From contig CAZZIO010000022.1 of the NCBI GenBank assembly GCA_964654465.1, forward strand, positions 52,315 through 116,314: a DNA stretch of 64,000 nt. Direction: 5' to 3'. This DNA comes from an uncultured Dictyoglomota bacterium (GTDB lineage Bacteria > Dictyoglomota > Dictyoglomia > Dictyoglomales > Dictyoglomaceae). Positions 59,500 to 64,000 of the stretch are shown here, in pieces (positions within the stretch are counted from its first letter, which is position 1; each line of letters starts with the position of its first letter). The position numbers and the translations under genes were made by a program. The notes beneath the pieces are model-generated. The model searched no databases and was not told the origin of the DNA. It worked only from the letters and a program-made list of their open reading frames with translations.

Positions 59500-60393
59500 T
59501 TATTTAAAAATTATAAGGAAGAAAGTTCCAATTAATATGGTTAAAGAAACATATAAAGAGGCAAATCTTGAATTTAATCCCATTTCATTTGAATAAATTA
59601 CAACTACTAAAGGTGCTGGTAATAAAACTCCCAAGGAAATAATCCTAATAAATAGAGAATCCTCTAAAAATCTCCTCAAAAAAATAGCAAATAATATTCC
59701 AGGTATAAATCTTATAACAAGGCCATAAAATAAAGCCTCTATCTCTTTCTTATCCAATTTAAAATCAAGAAAATAACCGATTGTAAAAAGAGCAAGCGTA
59801 AAATTAGATAAAGATAAATAATTTAATATGGAAATAAAAATTGAAGGAAAATTTACTTTCAATAGATTTAAAATGAGAGATACAAAATATACATCCAATG
59901 GAAAAAATAATAACACCTTCTTAATCACATTTTTAACTTCAGAAAGAGACCAATTTCCCTCTGAGAGAATAGACAAAGCATATGATAATCCAAAAACTAT
60001 AAAAGAGTTTCCTATATCAAACATGGCCATATATAAAAGTCCCTCATCTCCGTAAAAACTTCTTATAAAAGGATAAGAAAAAAGCCCCACATTATACCCA
60101 CAGATACCAATAAGCAAAGTCCATCTCAGATTATTATCTAATTTCTTATTTCTTAAAAAAATAAAACCAATTATAAATACGACTATTCCAAAAGAAAATG
60201 AAATAAAAGGCAAAAAAAAGATATCATGGCTTATATAAGATGTTAAAAATACTTTAAGAATAGTAGCGGGAAGTGTAATATATATTACGAATCTACTTAA
60301 AGTTGATCCTGCCTCGGAAGGAAGTATTTTTATTTTCTTTATAAAATATCCCAGAAATATGATAAATATGTTTGTTATTATATTTTCTGTCAT
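59500..60393 (-). CDS. AEC (auxin efflux carrier/malate permease) family transporter
   Basis: LGY..K, FVIYITLPA, N.G..SYP and about 10 TM segments. Confidence 0.8.
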   Translation of the reverse strand: MTENIITNIFIIFLGYFIKKIKILPSEAGSTLSRFVIYITLPATILKVFLTSYISHDIFFLPFISFSFGIVVFIIGFIFLRNKKLDNNLRWTLLIGICGYNVGLFSYPFIRSFYGDEGLLYMAMFDIGNSFIVFGLSYALSILSEGNWSLSEVKNVIKKVLLFFPLDVYFVSLILNLLKVNFPSIFISILNYLSLSNFTLALFTIGYFLDFKLDKKEIEALFYGLVIRFIPGILFAIFLRRFLEDSLFIRIISLGVLLPAPLVVVIYSNEMGLNSRFASLYVSLTILIGTFFLIIFK

Positions 60394-60462
60394 ATCTTAA
60401 TACCATTTTGACTAAATATTAAAAGAATTATACCATTTATAATAAAAGGAGGTAAGGAGAAA

Positions 60463-61665
60463 ATGCTTATATGGGACAATGATTTTTCCAATCTCTTAGA
60501 TTATATAAAAAAACAAAAGGAAATCCCATTAATTCTTTGTGACGAAAATACTTATGAAGTATGCGGGAAAGACATCTATAGAAATCTTGGTGACAACTCA
60601 AAACTGCTTGTTTTACCATATAATACTCATGCAGACGAAAAACACATTTGTAAATTAATCATAAACACCAATGACGACAATGTAATCATCTCAGTAGGTT
60701 CGGGAAGTATAACAGATATAGCAAGATTCGTAAGTTATAAACAACATCTAAAATTTATATCTGTACCAACAGCCCCATCTATGGATGGATATGCATCTTC
60801 AGTTGCCGCACTAACCATAGATGGAATCAAAACCACTTTACCAGCAAAACCCCCTGAGCTTATATTTGCAAATTTAGAAATACTTAAAAATGCCCCCCAT
60901 TTACTTATAAAAGCAGGTTTTGGAGACTTAATGGGGAAATATACAGCTCTTTCAGATTGGAAGCTTGCTCACATTCTTTTAGATGAACCTTTAGATACAA
61001 ATGTAGCAGAAGAAATGTTAAAAGCTTGTGAAGATACGCTAAAAAGTATAGACAAAAATGATTTTATTAAACCATTGTTTGAGGGTCTTGTAAAATCAGG
61101 AGAATTAATGACAAAGGTAGGAAACTCTCGTCCAGCTTCAGGAGCAGAGCATCATATTGCCCATTATTTAGAGTTTTTGGGATATGATCTATTTCATGGA
61201 ATAAAAGTAGGAATAGCTACCTTTTACGTGATCAAATTATATGAATTCATATTAGAATTTGACTTTGAAAAAATGGATCAATATGTAGATTATGAAATAG
61301 ATATAAAGGAATGGAGAAAAGAGATAGAAGAAAATTTTCCCAAAATACATAATAGAATAATAGAAGAAAATATAGAAAGAATAGAAATGTTTAATAACAT
61401 TGAGTTCAGAAAAAGCCTCATTGAAAAAATAAAACTCCATCAAGATGATATTAAATCTCTTGCTGAAAACCTTTCTAAAAAGAAACGAGAAATAATAGAT
61501 GGATTTAAAAAAATCAGATTCTCATTGGATATAGAAGATTGGAACATAAAAAAAGAAGATTTAAAAAAAGCTATTCTTTATTCCCTATTTATCAGAGATA
61601 GATTTACTATTCTTACATTATATTATTTTTTAGGTCTTTTAAAAGATTTTATAAAAGTAGTATAA
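60463..61665 (+). CDS. sn-glycerol-1-phosphate dehydrogenase (AraM/EgsA-like)
   Basis: VGSGSITDIARF, VPTAPSMDGYAS, AGFGD..GKYTA..DW, SRPASGAEH..H and HG..VG. Confidence 0.88.
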   Translation: MLIWDNDFSNLLDYIKKQKEIPLILCDENTYEVCGKDIYRNLGDNSKLLVLPYNTHADEKHICKLIINTNDDNVIISVGSGSITDIARFVSYKQHLKFISVPTAPSMDGYASSVAALTIDGIKTTLPAKPPELIFANLEILKNAPHLLIKAGFGDLMGKYTALSDWKLAHILLDEPLDTNVAEEMLKACEDTLKSIDKNDFIKPLFEGLVKSGELMTKVGNSRPASGAEHHIAHYLEFLGYDLFHGIKVGIATFYVIKLYEFILEFDFEKMDQYVDYEIDIKEWRKEIEENFPKIHNRIIEENIERIEMFNNIEFRKSLIEKIKLHQDDIKSLAENLSKKKREIIDGFKKIRFSLDIEDWNIKKEDLKKAILYSLFIRDRFTILTLYYFLGLLKDFIKVV

Positions 61666-61700
61666 TAAATTGTTAACAATATTAACTATAGGAGAAGCTA

Positions 61701-63896
61701 ATGCGAAAAAAGATAGGGGTAATTGTAAACTATTTATATGAAGGCTATCAGATGAAAATTCTATCAGGAATTTTCTCTGAAGCAGAAAAACTTAATACTG
61801 ATATTTATGTCTTTGTAGGGGGAGATCTAAATCCAAACAATATTGAAAGCCAAAGAAGAAATAGGATTTATGATTTAATATCTAAGAAGAATATGGATGG
61901 ACTAATAATATTAGGACTTGTAGTTGGATTCAATTTACCAAAAGAAGAAATAATTAAATTTTACAAAAGATTTTATCCTCAATTACCCGTCGTAAGTTTA
62001 GGATTAGAAACAGAAGAAATACCATGTGTAATAAGCGACAACAGAAAAGGTTTCCAAGAACTTCTCATTCATTTGATAGAAGATCACCGATATAGAAGTA
62101 TTGCATATGTGGCTGGACCTATAAATAACGAAGAAGCTCAAATCAGAAACAACACTTTCTACGAAACACTTAGAGAATACGATATAGAAATAAAACCAGA
62201 ATATATATATGAAAGTGATTTCACCACCCCTCAAGGTATATATGCTATAAGAACCTTCTTAGATGAAAGGAAAATAAAACCTGATGTCATTGTTTTTTCC
62301 AATGATAACATGGCAATAGCAGGTCTTGAAGAACTTAAAAGAAGAAAGATAAAAGTACCAAATGAAATTGCCATTACAGGATTTGATAATATATTGGAGT
62401 CCACTTTTGTAGAACCATCTTTATCTACGGTGGAACAAAATTTATCAGAATTAGGAAAAAAAGCTTTAGAAATGTGTCATTCTCTTATTTTAGGAAAAGA
62501 AATTCCTAAAAAGATAGAAATACCCACAAAAATGACAATCCGTGAGTCTTGTGGTTGTACAAGATTTTATATTAGACTATCAAAAAAAGAAGAAAAAGTT
62601 TGGTCGAAAATTTTTGATCTCAAAAAGGATAAAGAGGATTTTTATTCTCTATTAAATGAATATTTGATTTCAAATATAGAAACAAAAAGCCCTCGAAATA
62701 TTAAATGGATAAAAAATATAATAAAAAAATTTTATAATAGTGTCATCGGAACTGAAGAAAACTTTATTACCGAAATAGAAAGTTTATTGTTAAATAATAA
62801 TGTAGATACTGAGTTATTGGAAGAAACTTTTAATAATATTAATTCTTTTATTGATATGCACTTTGAAAATTCTCTTCATCAAAAAGCCAAAAACCTTATT
62901 TTACAATCAATTAACGTTTTAAAAGATTATAAAGAAAAAAAATTAAAACATGAGATTTTCAAAACCAATGATTTAATTGATCATTTAGGATATATTGGAG
63001 CTGACCTTCTATCTACTCTTCAAATGGATGAAATTTTAAATAGGGTAAGCTATAGATTACCAGAAATAGATTTAAATACTTTCTATATATTTATGTATCA
63101 AAAAGATTCAAACTATAAAAAAGTCAAAAATATTCTATCGGTAGTAGATGGAAATATAAAAACAAAAGAAAAAGGCATATTTGATATAGAAGAAATTATA
63201 CCAGAATCTTTACTACCTAAAAGGAGATTAAATCTTGTCCTCGAACCTCTCTTTGTTGAAAATGACCATTTGGGATATATAGTATTTGAATATGGGCCTA
63301 AAAAGGGAGTAATCTATGAGATACTCAGAGCAGAAATAAGTGGCGGTATTAAAGGTGCTTTAATAATTGAAGAATTAAAAAAATTAGCTATTACTGACCC
63401 ATTAACTAGCCTACCTAATAGGAGAGCATTAGATGAGATCCTACAAAGAGAAATTGAAAGATCTAAAAGATATAATCGTCCTTTATCTGTTATGGTTATA
63501 GATTTGGACAATTTCAAAATGGTAAATGATACCTTTGGACATAGCTTTGGAGATGAAGTATTAAAAACAGTGGGCAAAATATTAAGAGAATCTTGTAGAA
63601 AAGTGGATATTGTGGGAAGATATGGTGGGGATGAATTTATCATTATTCTTCCTGAGACAAATTTAAAAAATACAATTAAAGTGGCAAATAAACTAATCAA
63701 AAATGTGGATAAAATAGAGCTTTTTTCTCCTAATAAGGCTAGAATTTATCTTAGTATAAGTATAGGCATTGCGGTATATCCAGATACTACAATAGAGCTT
63801 GAAAAACTTATAAATTTTGCAGATTTGGCTATGTATGAGGCAAAAAGTTTAGGGGGTAAGCAATATTCTATAATTAGTTTTAAGGGGGAACTTTGA
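61701..63896 (+). CDS. Cytoplasmic diguanylate cyclase with an N-terminal LacI/PBP-type sugar-sensing domain
   Basis: IGVIV..YQ, DN..G, IAYVAG, ND.MA.A, ITGFD..PSLSTVEQ..RESCGC, TDPLT..NRR and RKVD..RYGGDEF. No HTH and no TM segment. Confidence 0.9.
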   Translation: MRKKIGVIVNYLYEGYQMKILSGIFSEAEKLNTDIYVFVGGDLNPNNIESQRRNRIYDLISKKNMDGLIILGLVVGFNLPKEEIIKFYKRFYPQLPVVSLGLETEEIPCVISDNRKGFQELLIHLIEDHRYRSIAYVAGPINNEEAQIRNNTFYETLREYDIEIKPEYIYESDFTTPQGIYAIRTFLDERKIKPDVIVFSNDNMAIAGLEELKRRKIKVPNEIAITGFDNILESTFVEPSLSTVEQNLSELGKKALEMCHSLILGKEIPKKIEIPTKMTIRESCGCTRFYIRLSKKEEKVWSKIFDLKKDKEDFYSLLNEYLISNIETKSPRNIKWIKNIIKKFYNSVIGTEENFITEIESLLLNNNVDTELLEETFNNINSFIDMHFENSLHQKAKNLILQSINVLKDYKEKKLKHEIFKTNDLIDHLGYIGADLLSTLQMDEILNRVSYRLPEIDLNTFYIFMYQKDSNYKKVKNILSVVDGNIKTKEKGIFDIEEIIPESLLPKRRLNLVLEPLFVENDHLGYIVFEYGPKKGVIYEILRAEISGGIKGALIIEELKKLAITDPLTSLPNRRALDEILQREIERSKRYNRPLSVMVIDLDNFKMVNDTFGHSFGDEVLKTVGKILRESCRKVDIVGRYGGDEFIIILPETNLKNTIKVANKLIKNVDKIELFSPNKARIYLSISIGIAVYPDTTIELEKLINFADLAMYEAKSLGGKQYSIISFKGEL

Positions 63897-64000
63897 TGAG
63901 CAGAATGAAAATAGGAGTAATAGTAGATAATCTCTATAATTATCAATGGAGTATCTTAGAAGGAGTATTTTCAGCTGGAGAAAACTACAATTTAGATATC
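63896..64000 (+). CDS. Start of a paralogous LacI-type-sensor signalling protein (truncated by the window end)
   Basis: TGATG overlap with the previous stop. MSRMKIGVIVDNLYNYQWSILEGVFSAGENYNLDI aligns with KKIGVIVNYLYEGYQMKILSGIFSEAEKLNTDI. Confidence 0.75.
   Translation, partial: MSRMKIGVIVDNLYNYQWSILEGVFSAGENYNLDI

Noticed and set aside
63314-63946. 128-aa and 66-aa minus-strand ORFs
   Set aside because: They are antisense shadows of the GGDEF domain.

Overview
This is an AT-rich, densely coding chromosomal segment from an anaerobic, saccharolytic bacterium. Gene content and Thermotoga-like paralogs suggest a thermophile such as Dictyoglomus; this is inference, not a database result. No transposase, integrase, phage gene, rRNA or CRISPR array was seen. 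The window starts with the 3' part of cysS, a HAMP-GGDEF cyclase, tRNA-Ser(CGA), xylose isomerase and nrdR-nrdD-nrdG with tandem NrdR boxes. A xylan module follows: two Opp-family sugar ABC operons, two stand-alone CBM4/9(22) lipoproteins, a LacI regulator and a GH67 alpha-glucuronidase paired with a UroD/MtaA-family gene. A CDF metal exporter lies under a czcD (NiCo) riboswitch. The arabinan/arabinose module has GH43, a CUT1 ABC transporter, a FucI-fold isomerase, araD, two GH51s, two LamG lipoproteins, two LacI regulators, araB and an AraM/EgsA-like gene. The window also holds two radical SAM/SPASM genes, a 2-hydroxyacyl-CoA dehydratase-like trio, a GH4 enzyme and a sugar-sensor-GGDEF protein followed by a paralog cut by the window end. 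The most notable observations are: (1) both glycan loci carry a pair of non-catalytic glycan-binding lipoproteins; (2) aguA plus the methyltransferase-like gene is a candidate 4-O-methylglucuronate demethylation system; (3) two repeated LacI operator motifs define a xylose regulon and an arabinose regulon; (4) the NiCo riboswitch is complete with promoter and terminator; (5) one dehydratase-like subunit may hold a double-cubane cluster; (6) there are apparent ATA-start and near-leaderless genes.
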